A stretch of 64,000 bases of DNA from Selaginella moellendorffii (GCF_000143415.4 NW_003314308.1:1158654-1222653), one strand, 5' to 3'; positions 21,563 to 33,329 are shown, counted from the first letter of the stretch. The notes: a model not told the origin generated them from the sequence alone. Translations and numbers: made by a program.

Positions 21563-23974
21563 TCAAAAATAACAGGAACTTCGATCTGTCTCTAGCTTCT
21601 GGCAAGTTCCCTGGATGTTGGCCATCAAAGAATAGGCCGCAGCATTGCTCCCTTCCAACTTTAAGCACCATTCGAACGCAAGCTTCCCCACTGTAGTATT
21701 GTTCCACTTTCGGCACGCTCCAAGTACTATCGACCATGACAGTGCGCTCGCCTTGAAAGGCATAGCCTCCAGTACCGCGACTGCTTTGTCGATTTCCCCG
21801 GCTCGGCCAAGGATGTCAACCAGACAATGATAGTGCTCCATCTCAGCCTGTACCTCGTATCTGCTAGTCTGCATCAAGTGAAAGAGCCTCTTTCCTTCCT
21901 CGATCAAACCGACATGGCTGCACAGCGTCAAAAGGCACAAAAAGGTGGCAGCATTTGGTCGGGAGCCTTGGTCCTGCATCCCGTTGAAAAGCTCGAAGGC
22001 CCGGGTTGTGTCACCTTGCCGACAGTAACCAGCTATCAGCGCAGTCCAAACCAGCATGTCCACCGTCGAAGCTGAATCAAACTGGCAGCTCGCATCGACC
22101 AGCTTCCCACACTTCCCGTAAAAGTCCACCAGGCAGTTCACCAGCACGGCATCGTTTTCGAGACCGGATCTGCAAACCTCTGCATGGATTGCTTTCCCGA
22201 CTTCTACAGCCACCAAACTGGAGCAGGACTTGAGAGCAGCCGCAAGAGTGTGAGCGTCCGGCTTCGTGCGCACGTACACAGCAGCAAACAGGTCCAGTGC
22301 AACCTGTCCCTCGTCAGATTCCGCGTATCCCACAATGAGCGTCGTCCACAGCACTGGATTGCAAGCGGCCATGCTGTCGAACACCTTCCTGGCATCCACC
22401 ATGCTTCCACATCTCGCATAGAGATTCACCAAACTGCTCTCAACAAACGCGTCGGTTTCCCAGCCACTTCGTCTTGCTAGAGCGTGAAGTGACATCCCTC
22501 TCTCCAGAGCCTTCACCTTTACGGGCTTCCCGTCTATTCTCTGGCCTTCTTCACTGGCAGCCAGACAGGTACACGCCTTCAGCACGGGGACGAACGTTCG
22601 TGAATTTGGATCGCAGCACTGAAGAAGCCTCATTTCTTCAAACAGCTCCAGACACAGCTCTGCTTCACCATTGTCTGCGTAGCCTAATAGCAGCGCGTTC
22701 CATGACACCACAGTCGGAAACCTTAACGTGTCGAACACCTTCCGGGCATTTAGCATGCTTCCACACCGGCAGTACATATCGATGACCGTGTTTGCGACTT
22801 GCACAGAGTTTGACACCATCCTCGTAGCCTGTGAGTGAACGACCATTCCTTTCTCCAGCCATTTCACCTTCACTGTCCTCCCATCAATCTGCTTTCCTTC
22901 TTCTCTAGCTGCCATCGTAGCGCAGGCTTTGAGTGCAGCAGCAAGCGTCAGAGCATCCGGCAGTGTGCGTCCTTCACGTTTCATCCTGTGGAAGAGCTCC
23001 AAGGCTAGCTCTCCCTGTCCATTCTCCACATACCCCCGGATCAGCGCAGTCCACGAAACCACATTGTGTGAAGTTAAGGAGTCGAAAACCTGCTGCGAGT
23101 CCGCCATCCTTCCACATTTCGCATATGCGTCAACAAGAGTGCTGGCCACGTAAATCTCCCTGTCACACCCCATCTCTCGAGCTCTATCGTGCAAAGCGAT
23201 GACCTTTTCCACGCACCGCAGCTTCACGAACTTCCCATCAACGTGACAACCATCTTCTTTTGCTGCCAGCATCGCGCAAGCCTTGAGTACCGCAACTAAA
23301 GTTCTAGAGTCTGGCTCGCAGTTTTCTCCCATTCCCATGCAGCCAAACAGCTCGAGTGCCAACTCTTCCTCCTCGTTCTCAGCACATCCCATGACCAAGG
23401 AGTTCCACGACACAACGTCTCGGAGTAGCATCCTGTCAAAGACCCGGCGAGCGTCAGCTAAGCTCCCACACTTGGAATACATGCTTACCATATTGTTGTG
23501 AAGGATATAGTCTCGGCCGCAAGAGCTTCCCTGGAACTGTGAGTGAAGCGCCATGGCTTTCTCCAAGGCCTGGGTTTTCACAAGCGTCCCATCGATCTCA
23601 CAGCCCATTTCTTTCGTCGCCAGTCCAGCGCAAGCCTTGAATCCAGCCAGAAAGATCCCTGAATCCGGCGCTGCGATCATCCCGCTCAAGATAATCTCCA
23701 CTCCCAGGCCCCCCTCTCCATTTTCCACATAACCCAGCACGAGCGAGCTCCAAGATCCCGCGTTGTGGCACGGCATTCGATCGAAGACGCCGCGCGCGAG
23801 ATCGAGACTCCCGCACCTGGCGTACATTGCGACGAGAGCATTCGCGGCAACGATCGAGCCCGCGATTCTTCCAGCGGCTTCATGGATCCTCTTCCCGCGC
23901 TCCAAATCCCTGGAGCTGCTGCACATCCGGAGATCAAGAAGGAGCTTCGCTACATTCGTCCGCGCTACTCTCAT
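21563..23974 (-). CDS. PLS-class PPR protein with E domain (long-loop variant)
   Basis: PPR motifs with repeated KACxxLAxxEEGxxIDGKxVKV..LE.G insert; E-domain HYHCLVDILGRAG. Confidence 0.93.
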   Translation of the reverse strand: MRVARTNVAKLLLDLRMCSSSRDLERGKRIHEAAGRIAGSIVAANALVAMYARCGSLDLARGVFDRMPCHNAGSWSSLVLGYVENGEGGLGVEIILSGMIAAPDSGIFLAGFKACAGLATKEMGCEIDGTLVKTQALEKAMALHSQFQGSSCGRDYILHNNMVSMYSKCGSLADARRVFDRMLLRDVVSWNSLVMGCAENEEEELALELFGCMGMGENCEPDSRTLVAVLKACAMLAAKEDGCHVDGKFVKLRCVEKVIALHDRAREMGCDREIYVASTLVDAYAKCGRMADSQQVFDSLTSHNVVSWTALIRGYVENGQGELALELFHRMKREGRTLPDALTLAAALKACATMAAREEGKQIDGRTVKVKWLEKGMVVHSQATRMVSNSVQVANTVIDMYCRCGSMLNARKVFDTLRFPTVVSWNALLLGYADNGEAELCLELFEEMRLLQCCDPNSRTFVPVLKACTCLAASEEGQRIDGKPVKVKALERGMSLHALARRSGWETDAFVESSLVNLYARCGSMVDARKVFDSMAACNPVLWTTLIVGYAESDEGQVALDLFAAVYVRTKPDAHTLAAALKSCSSLVAVEVGKAIHAEVCRSGLENDAVLVNCLVDFYGKCGKLVDASCQFDSASTVDMLVWTALIAGYCRQGDTTRAFELFNGMQDQGSRPNAATFLCLLTLCSHVGLIEEGKRLFHLMQTSRYEVQAEMEHYHCLVDILGRAGEIDKAVAVLEAMPFKASALSWSIVLGACRKWNNTTVGKLAFEWCLKLEGSNAAAYSLMANIQGTCQKLETDRSSCYF

Positions 23975-24129
23975 AGCAGCGATCGCTCACCTCGAGGCGC
24001 GTCGCGGCGGCCAATCGGCTCCATCGCCACGAAATATTTCCCTCTAGACTATAAACCCTAACTTTTCGAATTAAAAGTCAATGGTTATAAAACGCGGTAG
24101 CTCCATTGTTAGCTACAAAAACAAATGAA

Positions 24130-25247
24130 CTAGACAATGCGCTCTAGCTCCCGCGCGTAGCCCAGAGTTTGATTGATGAGCTGCAGCGATGGAATCTCCT
24201 TGCAAAGCGAAAAATCCTTCACCTTCTGGAAGTAGACGCATCGATTTCTTATCTCCCAGTCCGGATGCTCCTGCAAAAATGAAAGAGATGATATCGAGAG
24301 ATCGCAACAGTGGAGAGAGAAGTACCTCACTGATGTAAGTCATGAGGTCCTGATCTCTCGTGAACTTGAAAATCGTCTTGGCATCGTCCAGCGTCAGGAA
24401 ATCGTAAGCTTTCTCGCTGCAGCCAGCAATCTCATCCCTGGAACAAAATCGATATTGATCAAACTCTCCTCTTCTTTCAAAGGAAAAGAGAATCTTACCT
24501 CACGGTCTTGGCGAGAAGATTGATGAAGTAATTGTAGCTGTCGTGAGGAACCTTTCGGCTACGAAGGACGTGATTGTAAGCGCCCTCCATCAGTGCCTGC
24601 TCCAGCTCCACCACGATCTTGATGCAATCGTTCTTGAGAGCTTCCGGAGACAAGAGCTCGAGCTCGGTGTGAAACTCGGCGATCCTGTTCTGGACGAGTA
24701 GCCGCAGGAGATTGAGACCCAGCATGATGTACTCGAAATTCGATGGAGGAATCAGGTGTCTACAAGACCAAAGAAGAGAAAAATCGGCCCAAAGAAGAAA
24801 GATGAAAGAGCCACTCTACCTTGTGTCTGTGTAGTAAGGCTTGAGCTGGAGAAAATGGAGCTCGAAAGATTCCTGGTCTTCAGTCCCAACGCTCAAGAGC
24901 ACAGCCTGCTCAAGGATGGATCCTAGAACAAAAAAAGAGAAAGATAAAAAACTTGGATGTGAAAGAGATTCTAACATAGATTGTTCTTACGAGCAAGCTT
25001 GAGCTCCTCGACTTGAGTAGAGGTGTGGCGATAGAGCGGTGGAAGGCCGGAGAACTCGGTGAGCTTGACCTGGAAGAGCTCGATTCTACTCAGCCGAGAG
25101 CCGCATTGGATCGAAATCTAGGAAGGAACTCACCTTGAGCTGATTGAGGAAGGCGCGCGCGCTGTCGAAATTCCGGGCGAAAATGCTCGTCTCGAGGCGC
25201 CCGTAGAGGCGCTGCGCCTCCAGGACCTTGCTGTTGCCGCTGTCCAT
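24130..25247 (-). CDS. RPN12: 26S proteasome lid subunit RPN12, multi-exon
   Basis: LGLNLLRLLVQNRIAEFHTELELL...LMEGAYN...TVRDEIAGCSEKAY...QTLGYARELERIV*. Confidence 0.96.
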
Positions 25248-25298
25248 CGCTCCCTCTCCCACTCTCCCCCAAACCCTAACTTTAGGTTAGGGGCGAAG

Positions 25299-25906
25299 AT
25301 GGGTGTGGTGAGATTGATCACCAGGCTCGCAAATCCCGCGCAGCGAAGGTGAGCTATGGATCTTTCGCCCTCTTTTCTGATCGATGCGCGCTCTCACAGG
25401 CATTGGGTTCCAAAGAAGAAGATCTTGGGCACCCCCGAGCTCAATCGGATCTACAATGGCCCTGGCGTGGATCAGGACTACGGTAACGACCGATTGATTG
25501 TCTTGGAGCTCGCTCTATCGATTGAAAGCTCTCTCTTTCTCGCAGTGAATAGCGAGAAGTACAAGACCGAGATCCTCCAAGCCAAAGCTCGGATTTTCAA
25601 CTACGTGATTGGGAATGGATTGCGATCAGGCCACAAGATTCTCAGGAGGAAGCTCATCGGCCCGGAGCTCGTCAAGTGGTACCCATTCCCCTTGCAGCAT
25701 TTGGATCGGCGATTCAAGGATCCAACTGAGGAGAGGTATGAGAATTCTTCCTTCACGCAAATTTCTAGTTTGTTCTTGCGGATTGATCGCGCTCTCCTCT
25801 TTCCAGGCGATACCAGAGATTGCAAAGATTGAAACGAGCGGGCAAAGGAAGACCCAAGAAAGGCCAAGGCAAGCGAGCGACCGCCAAAGCCAGCAAGAAG
25901 AAATAG
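25299..25906 (+). CDS. Mitochondrial ribosomal protein mS33 (Rsm27-like), 4 exons
   Basis: ARIFNYVIGNGLRSGHKILRRKLIGPELVKWYP...RLKRAGKGRPKKGQGKRA...KKK*. Confidence 0.88.
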
Positions 25907-25959
25907 AGTTTCTAGGGTTCTTGAGAGGGATAGGAGTTTTAGGGTTCTTGGGGAGATCG

Positions 25960-26456
25960 ATGGCGATGGCGATGGCTCTAGGCAGGAAATGCGGCTTGAT
26001 CCCGCGGCAATTGGTACAGTTCTTTCGTTTCTCTCGCATCGCAGCGCTCTGATTTGGATGGATCGAGCGCAGCAACAGGTGCGCGGCGTGTATATCGATT
26101 GCAAGGGGCTGAATTTCGAGCAAGCCATGGCGCGCTATGGCCGGAAAATGCGACAGGACAAGACGCTCAACGATCTGCTCAAGAAGGAGTACTACGTGAA
26201 GCCGTCGGAGCAGCGGCGCCAGGCGGAGAAGGAGCGCGTCAAGCGAACAAAGAAGAGGCTCTTCCGGGAGAAGCTCAAGTTCGTCTTGATGTTGCGAGCA
26301 AGGTTTGCATTTCTCTTTCCCTCCCTTTGTTCTTCATCCACCATAGCTGGTGTTCTTTCTCATCGGAAAAATCCAGCTTTGCTTCTCTCATCTCCCTCTT
26401 TGCGAGATCTTGAATCGGTTACTGATGATCTTCTCCTCGTTTCCAGAGGGCTGTGA
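25960..26456 (+). CDS. Mitochondrial ribosomal protein bS21m, 3 exons
   Basis: QQVRGVYID..NFEQAMARYGRKM...YYVKPSEQR...LKFVLMLRARGL*. Confidence 0.85.
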
Positions 26457-26550
26457 TCGAATTTTGGTGATCTTTGATTTGTTATCCTCGCTACTAGAGT
26501 AGAGGTACTGTTCTTATGAACCAACAAGAGCCCTAAGTTTCTTTTCTATC

Positions 26551-27025
26551 ATGGCCTCGGGAGGGCCTCTTCTCGGTCTCGACGACCTCATCCATGATCT
26601 CAACAAAGACCCAGCTTCTCCGAATTTCCCCTGGTTGGATCGCCCATCAGCAGCGCAAGAAGATCATCATCTCCCTCTGGATCTCGATCTCGTAGAGGTG
26701 CTTCCTCTTTCTTTCAATCCCTCAACCTGTGTGCCAAGCAATACCATTGCAGGAAATCCAGGAGACCTGCCGCGATCTCAATGCCGCATTGGAGCGTCCA
26801 GGCTATGCTTGGACCTCACTCAACCAGAAGGTGGGTCGCCTCGATCGTCGATTCCTCCGCAATTTCTCATGTGGGTCGTGTGGAAAATCTCAGCTATGTA
26901 CGAGCCTGGCGGCCGCAGCCGAGATCCTTCGAATCAGCCACGCGAATTTCGCGCAATTGCTCCAGAAACTCCAAACCCTGCGCACGATTGTTGGCAGGGG
27001 AGAAGGAACCCTAAAGATGCTATAA
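26551..27025 (+). CDS. Small uncharacterised coiled-coil plant protein, 3 exons
   Basis: Splicing two GT-AG introns (~26698-26752, ~26831-26893) gives an open frame ...LERPGYAWTSLNQKLCTSLAAAAEIL...LRTIVGRGEGTLKML*. Confidence 0.65.
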
Positions 27026-27384
27026 ATGCCGATTTTCTAGGTCGAGTATATTCTCTTAGGGCAGGGCGTGCCATAAGGGTTTCCAACGACAGCGCGCCCC
27101 TCATCGATAGAGCTGGCTCTGCTCCATCTTCCCTGCGACGCGCGGTAAGTCTCCCTCTCCCTCAAGATCTATGCGCTAGAATTCTCGATTTCGCGCTAGA
27201 AATCTTGATTTCTACAGTAGGAATTGCTCTGGTCGGTGTGCGCTCGCATTTCAAGGGAGAATTCGCTGTGTGCTTTCTACCCGATTTTTTCGAGTACCAA
27301 AACTAATGGTTTTTTGTTCTCTTTTGTATCCAGATTATCGAATCGAGAGTGTGAGGCTTCTTCCAAGAGGGCAATTGTTCTAGA

Positions 27385-28423
27385 ATGTTTGGAGGTGGAT
27401 ACAGGAAAGACGATGGATTGCCCGCTGTAAGCACTGCGAACATTTTCTCTGCGCTTGAGCGAAAATCCAACAAGAAGAAGTTGGACAAGCATGCATTGCA
27501 AAGCAGCCAGAGTAAGCAGCAGGAGGACGCTGGCCAGTTTTGGGTGCCAAGTCCGGTTACCGTCAAGTCTTGGGCCGATGTCGAGGACGACGACGATTAC
27601 TTTGCGACCACCGCACCGCTGCCAGCGATCTGGGGCCAGACAACAACAAAGGCCTCGCAGGAATCCTCCGTGAACCATGACTTGAATCACTTGGAGGTAA
27701 CCATCTTTTCTCGTGGTTCTCTCCTCTCTTTCTTTTTCTTCTTCTTGCTGATGGTACGCTTGTTCCTTGGACAGGATTCCGAGGTTGACGAGGATTTTGA
27801 CGATGATGCCGACGAAGAGGTCGAAGAAGAGAAAAGCGAGGAAGCCGGTGTCGTGAGTTCAGGACAAGCTGAGCAACGTCCTCAAACTCCCACGGTACTT
27901 CGCGAGCTGGACAAGCAGCTCTCCAAGAAGGAGATCAAGAAGAAGGAATTGGCGGAGCTTGCGGCCGTCCTGGCCGAGTTTGGCGTTTCCACGGAGGAGA
28001 CGAAGAAAGAAGCGAAGAACGGTACGTAACGAAATAACTCGCTTCCTTCTTTCTCTTCTCGGGCTTATCGGCTTCTAACTTCCAGAAGACGACGAGGATG
28101 CCGTTCCGAGCAACGACGGCGACGCTGCAAACAACGAGGCGGAGAGGAAGATCGCGAAGAAGAAGAAGCCCAAGAAGGAGAAGACCGCTCCTGCCGTGCC
28201 CGTGATCATGGAGGAGATCGAATCGAACGTGACGGCGGTCGCGGAGCCGATGGACGTTCTCATCAAGAAGAAGCTGGTGGCGGGCAAAAAGAAGAAATCC
28301 GTCAAGGAGAACAGCTCCGCCGCCACGAGCAAAGTCGCCGCCGAGGCCGCCGCTCGAGCTGCAAAGCTGGCCGCCGCCAAGAAGAAGGAGAAGAGCCACT
28401 ACAACCAGCAGCCAGCTCGTTGA
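27385..28423 (+). CDS. Conserved plant Lys/Glu-rich protein (AT4G32610-like), 3 coding exons
   Basis: FWVPSPVTVKSWADVEDDDDYFATTAP; QLSKKEIKKKELAEL; AAAKKKEKSHYNQQPAR*. Confidence 0.85.
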
Positions 28424-29389
28424 TTGCCGCCATGGATCTCAATCGATTTCCAGCAAGCTCCGGGACGCGAGAAGGAAAGAAAGATCACAAAGACAATGTG
28501 CTACCATCATCAGCATCACTTATATTATAAAGTCGTGTTCTTTGCCTATTGGCTGAATCTCTGTCGTGTCTACAACGATCAAAAACTTGGAACTAACTTG
28601 CGTGAGCTCTTCGTCTACACGATCAAAGTAGCAACTATCCTAAACTCAAAGCTAACTTGCGTGTCCTCGTCGTGTACACGATCAAAATCAAAGTAGCAAC
28701 GATCAAAATCTTGGCAGACACGAAACAAAGGATAATACTTGAAGAAACAAACGATCTTACAAGGAAAAATTGCGTGATAAGATTGGATTACATTGAACTA
28801 TCGCGTTTAAATCTTCTTCTTCTTGGAAAGATGAATGGAGGGATGTTCCAATATCTCAGAACAGAAACGCTGCAACGTTTTTGGACAAATAGCAGTGGTA
28901 TGAGTAGCCATTTTTTGGTGTGTTTTTTTCTCTTTTTGTTTGAGAAATCAGCAAAGAATCGTACCTTTGTTTGCAGTTCGTTGTCATCTTGCCAAAAGCG
29001 AATCTTATGATGGCAGCAACCATACAGACTTTTGAATGAATCGCCAGGAACGGAAGCCATGGATGGATTCATCACGAAGCCTGGAACCTGGAACCCAACT
29101 GCAGCAAGCAAGCAAAAAAGAATAGAAACGAAGAGAAAGAATCGAGAAGATAAGAAAGAGGAGAAAATCAACAACGAGAGACTTACCCGCAGCGCAGCGA
29201 GTAAAATGTGTTCTTGAGAAGCTTCTTCTTTCCGACTGAAAACAACAGTTACTAGAAACGAAGAAAAGGAGAAGAAAGAATCTGCAGAAACGGGACGCAC
29301 ACGTAAGTGAGCAACAGAGAAAAGAGAAAAATCGAAGCTTTCCATCGATCGAGGACTGAGCGAGCAGAGAAACGAGGGACGCAAATTTG

Positions 29390-29520
29390 TAGCTGAGGGG
29401 AATGAAGCCTGGTCCGACACAACACGATCTCCAGATCAAACTGTGATGCTTGTTTCTCAACTTTGCGATTTGATCAGATCTCGGCGATGCTGTCTCGAGC
29501 CAGGCAGCACTCCCCGCAAC
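29390..29520 (-). ncRNA. MIR166: MIR166 precursor hairpin
   Basis: Exact mature UCGGACCAGGCUUCAUUCCCC at 29417-29397; star arm GGAGUGCUGCCUGGCUCGAGA at ~29513-29493; TATA (TCTATAAAAG) at 29830-29821. Confidence 0.96.
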
Positions 29521-31769
29521 ATAAACCGCTTTGTCTTTCGCTCTAGAGTCTAATTTCTCGCTCGACCGATCAACTGAAAGATGTGGGGGAGCTTCTCTTT
29601 TTCCCTTCCTGGAAAGGATGATCCAGATCTACATGCTGCTGCCATTCACATCGCAGTGGATCGAATCGATCGATTAAATTACAGTGACCCAGCAAACAAT
29701 TGCAGCGGGATGGAGAGGACTGAAGAGAGGAAGGAAAAAACGACTTCTTCTCAGGAAGAAAGTCAAGGAAAAGAGGAGCGAGCGAGCGAGCGAGGGAGAA
29801 ATGGTCTGTCCGGCCACAAGCTTTTATAGAAGAAGATTCAAGAAGGAAGGCACGCCAGTAACAATCAATCCTGGATCATAGAATAGATGGGTCAGCTGCC
29901 CCTAAAAACCTATCGATTTTTCTCACACACTCCACTCTCTCTCCGTGCTGCGCGAGCATTCATCCCACTGCTCCAGCGAAAAAAAAATTTGACACTCCAC
30001 ACATCCACAACGAAGACGAAGAAGAGGAGAAAGAAAGAATTCTTCCACTCGTTTTGTCGCTACTTTTAGTTTTGCCCTAAAAACCACTCACAGACGGAAT
30101 CAGCGTCACGTCACCGCCAAGTTGACGGCGCCGCTAACTTTGGCGCCCCTCGTACGGAATCCCTGTCATTGGCGCATTATTACTTCCGTTGCCCTGTCTC
30201 GCCTAAATTTTTTCTTTTCTACGTGCTCCTCAACATTGTTATTTGTTTCCTGCCGTACAATGATTTTCCAACCATATCTATTTGGGCCAGGGCCTGGCCA
30301 GCCATCTGAATTTGGGCCAGGCAGGGCCGACGTGGCAGCGGCAACCACGTGCGTGCATTTAATGGGCCTAGAGCGGTCATAAATAGGCCCATTGTCCCAA
30401 ATGCATGGCATGGGCCACATTTCTTCCTCCTTGTACTGGGTGGAAAAAAACTTGGAACCTCTGTCCAACATGGACTAGTACTACCACTATTACTACTACT
30501 ACCACAAATTCACTCATCCATCAAAACCATCCAGCCACGCAAAGAACTTAAAATTCTGGTTTGACCAACACTCAAGCTTATGAGTGTGTATGATTCAACA
30601 TACTTGTATCAAACCCTGTATGTACAGTGGTAGACAAATCAAACAAACCCTCTAAGTACACAATTGCAACTGGGTGGTGTTTAGGGTTTGAAGATGGAAT
30701 ATTCTCTGCCTATACTACCACTCACCTGACCAGGTGGTTGCTCCATTGGGCATTGGAGATGGATTTATGGCCACCGTACAAGCTACACACACCCCTAGCA
30801 AAATTTTCTAGGTCCTCTTAAATATACTACTGGCTTGTCAAGTGTCTTATAGTTTAGTAGAGCTGTTGTTCTAATAGTATTTTTTTGGATTTGATTATGA
30901 CTATGATCGATCTCAAGTTTGGGATCAGCAAGATCTAAGCATCAGCAAGCGATCGCCATAGTGTCGAGTCTTTATTTTGTAAGTATACAGTGTTGTATGG
31001 CCTACGTAACGCGTAGGTGGTACAGCCCTAATGTCACCGACATTGCCCCCCGAAAAACATCTCCAGCTCCCGATTTAAGGATCACACCTTACCAAGCACG
31101 AGCAGCAGTGAGCGCAGTAGTAGCAGCAGCAGAGAAGCATTGAGTTTGAGACGTCTCTCTCATGTCATTTAAGTAGAAAAAAGAGAGGGTTTTATTTTTT
31201 CTTTTAAGAAGACGAAGACCAAGAAACAAAACAAGTTAAATTCAAGGAGATTCAGTTGCTCTACGATCACGGATCTCAAAAGATTCCCCCGCTGTTTTAA
31301 AAATACGCTGCTCTTTCAAGTCTTTGTCCGTGCTTGTAAAAGTTGCAGGCAAGCTGTGTGTTTTACCTCGTAAGTAGCCACCAAAGTCAAACAAGCAAAG
31401 CCAGCCAATGTGATTCACATCGTATCAAGAAAATGCCCGCCACCTTTTCCTCTGTCTCTCTTTGCTTCGTTTTGTGTGTAGTTTTTGTATCGTTTTGCAA
31501 GGGAAAGAAGAGCGCCCATGAAGGAATTTCCTTCCTGGTGTAGCTGAAACACGAAATCCGGCTGTGTACAAGTCAAACGCCAATCACAGAGAGTAAACTA
31601 TGTTGTCTCGAGACCCGATCCCCAAGATATGAAATGTTGGGACTACGCGTCATCACCAAGTTGGGAGAAAAAACTATAATGTATAGATGATCCTGATACT
31701 GCTCATGAAAAAGAGTTCCATTTCTCCACTAAGATTTCAATTGTCTCACATGTGATGTGCTGAGGATCT

Positions 31770-33209
31770 ATGCAAGTGCACAATGTGGAGGAGATTCTTG
31801 CAAATCTATCGAGCACTTGCGATCTACTGGAGGGAAAGGTCCTCCACTTTCAGATCCAGAAAAGCCCGCATTGTCATGACAGATTGGTGGCCAACTTTCT
31901 GGTCCAAATGTACGGCAGGTGCGGCAGCCTCGAAGACGCACGGAAAGTTTTTGACACCCTTAGCAATCCCAACGTTTTCTCCTGGACAATGCTCGTCAAA
32001 GCATATGCCCATAACGGGCATCTTGAAGGTGCAAGAAGCATATTTGACGCGATGCCTATCCGAGATCTTGTCGCATGGAACACCATGATAAAACTTTATA
32101 CAGACAATGGTCGTTTTGATTCGGCTAGAACAATGTTTAACCTTATGCCGCAAAGAGACGTTGTCTCATGGAACTCCATGATCAAAGCAAATGCCCAATC
32201 CGGACTTGTGGATAAGGCTAAAGATGTATTTGATTCCATGCCGGAACATAATTTGATCTCGTGGAACTCGGTTCTCGCCACACTTGCTCAAGCTGGAAGA
32301 GAAGAAGAAGCGCAGGATGTGTTTGATCAAATGCAACTTCACGACCTAGTCTCGTGGACTGCGCTGCTCGTCGCATATACTCAAGCCGGGAATCTCCTTG
32401 TCGCAAAGTCAACGTTTGATAAAACGCCAGAACAAAACACAGTCTCGTGGACTGCCATGATTCAAGCCTATGCCCAACATCAGAAGCTTGAGGAGGCAAG
32501 ATCGATGTTTGACGGAATGTTGGAAGACAAGGTGGTGTCGGGGAATGCAATGATTGCCGCATATGCTTTGGAGGGTCAACTGGAACAAGCAAAGCTCGTC
32601 TTCTGCGATCTCATGCCGGATCACAGCCTGGTTTCCTGGAACGCAATGGTGACGGCCTACACTCACAATGGATTCTTCGCGACGGCCAAAGTGGTGTTTG
32701 AATCCATGCCTCACAAGAACACAGTGTCGTGGAACTGTCTGCTAGCGGGGATGAACCAGCACGGAGCATTTCGAAACCAAGCAAGCAAGTTCTTCCACCG
32801 GATGCCAAGCAGGGACTGCGTTTCGTGGACGAGCATGGTCGGAGAGTTCGCCCAATTCGGGGAGTGCGAGCGAGCAATGGAGGTGCTGCAAGCAATGGCT
32901 ATGGAGGGTGTGCGATGGAGCTTCTGCGGCCAGCCCCTGACGAGCGCGCTCGTCGCCTGCAGCAACACTGGGATGATCGGCGAGGCGAGAGTGCTGCTGC
33001 TAGCGGGGAGCTCAGATCACGGGCTTGATCCGTGGAGAGAGCACTACTTCTATATCATCGACGTGCTGGGGCGAGCGGGGCTCATCACCTCCGCCCGAGA
33101 TCTCGTCGCAAGCATGCAAGTCGCGGCGGATGATCCAGTCTGGGAGGCGCTGCTCAATGCGTGTAATTCTAGATGTAGGAGTATAAATTACAAGGATGGA
33201 ATAACTTAA
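31770..33209 (+). CDS. PPR protein dominated by 31-aa short repeats; C-terminus probably clipped by an AT-rich insertion
   Basis: Tandem VSWNxMIxAYA..G....A...FD.MP units; E-like HYFYIIDVLGRAG, after which the frame drifts into AT-rich DNA. Confidence 0.88.
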   Translation: MQVHNVEEILANLSSTCDLLEGKVLHFQIQKSPHCHDRLVANFLVQMYGRCGSLEDARKVFDTLSNPNVFSWTMLVKAYAHNGHLEGARSIFDAMPIRDLVAWNTMIKLYTDNGRFDSARTMFNLMPQRDVVSWNSMIKANAQSGLVDKAKDVFDSMPEHNLISWNSVLATLAQAGREEEAQDVFDQMQLHDLVSWTALLVAYTQAGNLLVAKSTFDKTPEQNTVSWTAMIQAYAQHQKLEEARSMFDGMLEDKVVSGNAMIAAYALEGQLEQAKLVFCDLMPDHSLVSWNAMVTAYTHNGFFATAKVVFESMPHKNTVSWNCLLAGMNQHGAFRNQASKFFHRMPSRDCVSWTSMVGEFAQFGECERAMEVLQAMAMEGVRWSFCGQPLTSALVACSNTGMIGEARVLLLAGSSDHGLDPWREHYFYIIDVLGRAGLITSARDLVASMQVAADDPVWEALLNACNSRCRSINYKDGIT

Positions 33210-33329
33210 TAATCATCCAAAAATTGTTCATCTCTACTTTTATCATATTTATAACTGTTTTTGGTTTGGTAGTGGATATATTTAGAATATGCTTGGATAT
33301 TTTAGAATATTCTACTATCGAACGGTTGT

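Noticed and set aside
28560-28720. Spaced repeats (ACGATCAAA, CTAACTTGCGTG) resembling an array
   Set aside because: Degenerate local tandem duplication; not CRISPR-like (eukaryote, no constant repeat with unique spacers)
28788-29460. Hydrophobic minus-strand ORFs
   Set aside because: Low-complexity CT-rich frames overlapping pri-MIR166
31433-31543. 36-aa hydrophobic sORF MPATFSSVSLCFVLCVVF...
   Set aside because: Hydrophobicity explained by TG/TC-rich sequence; no supporting motif
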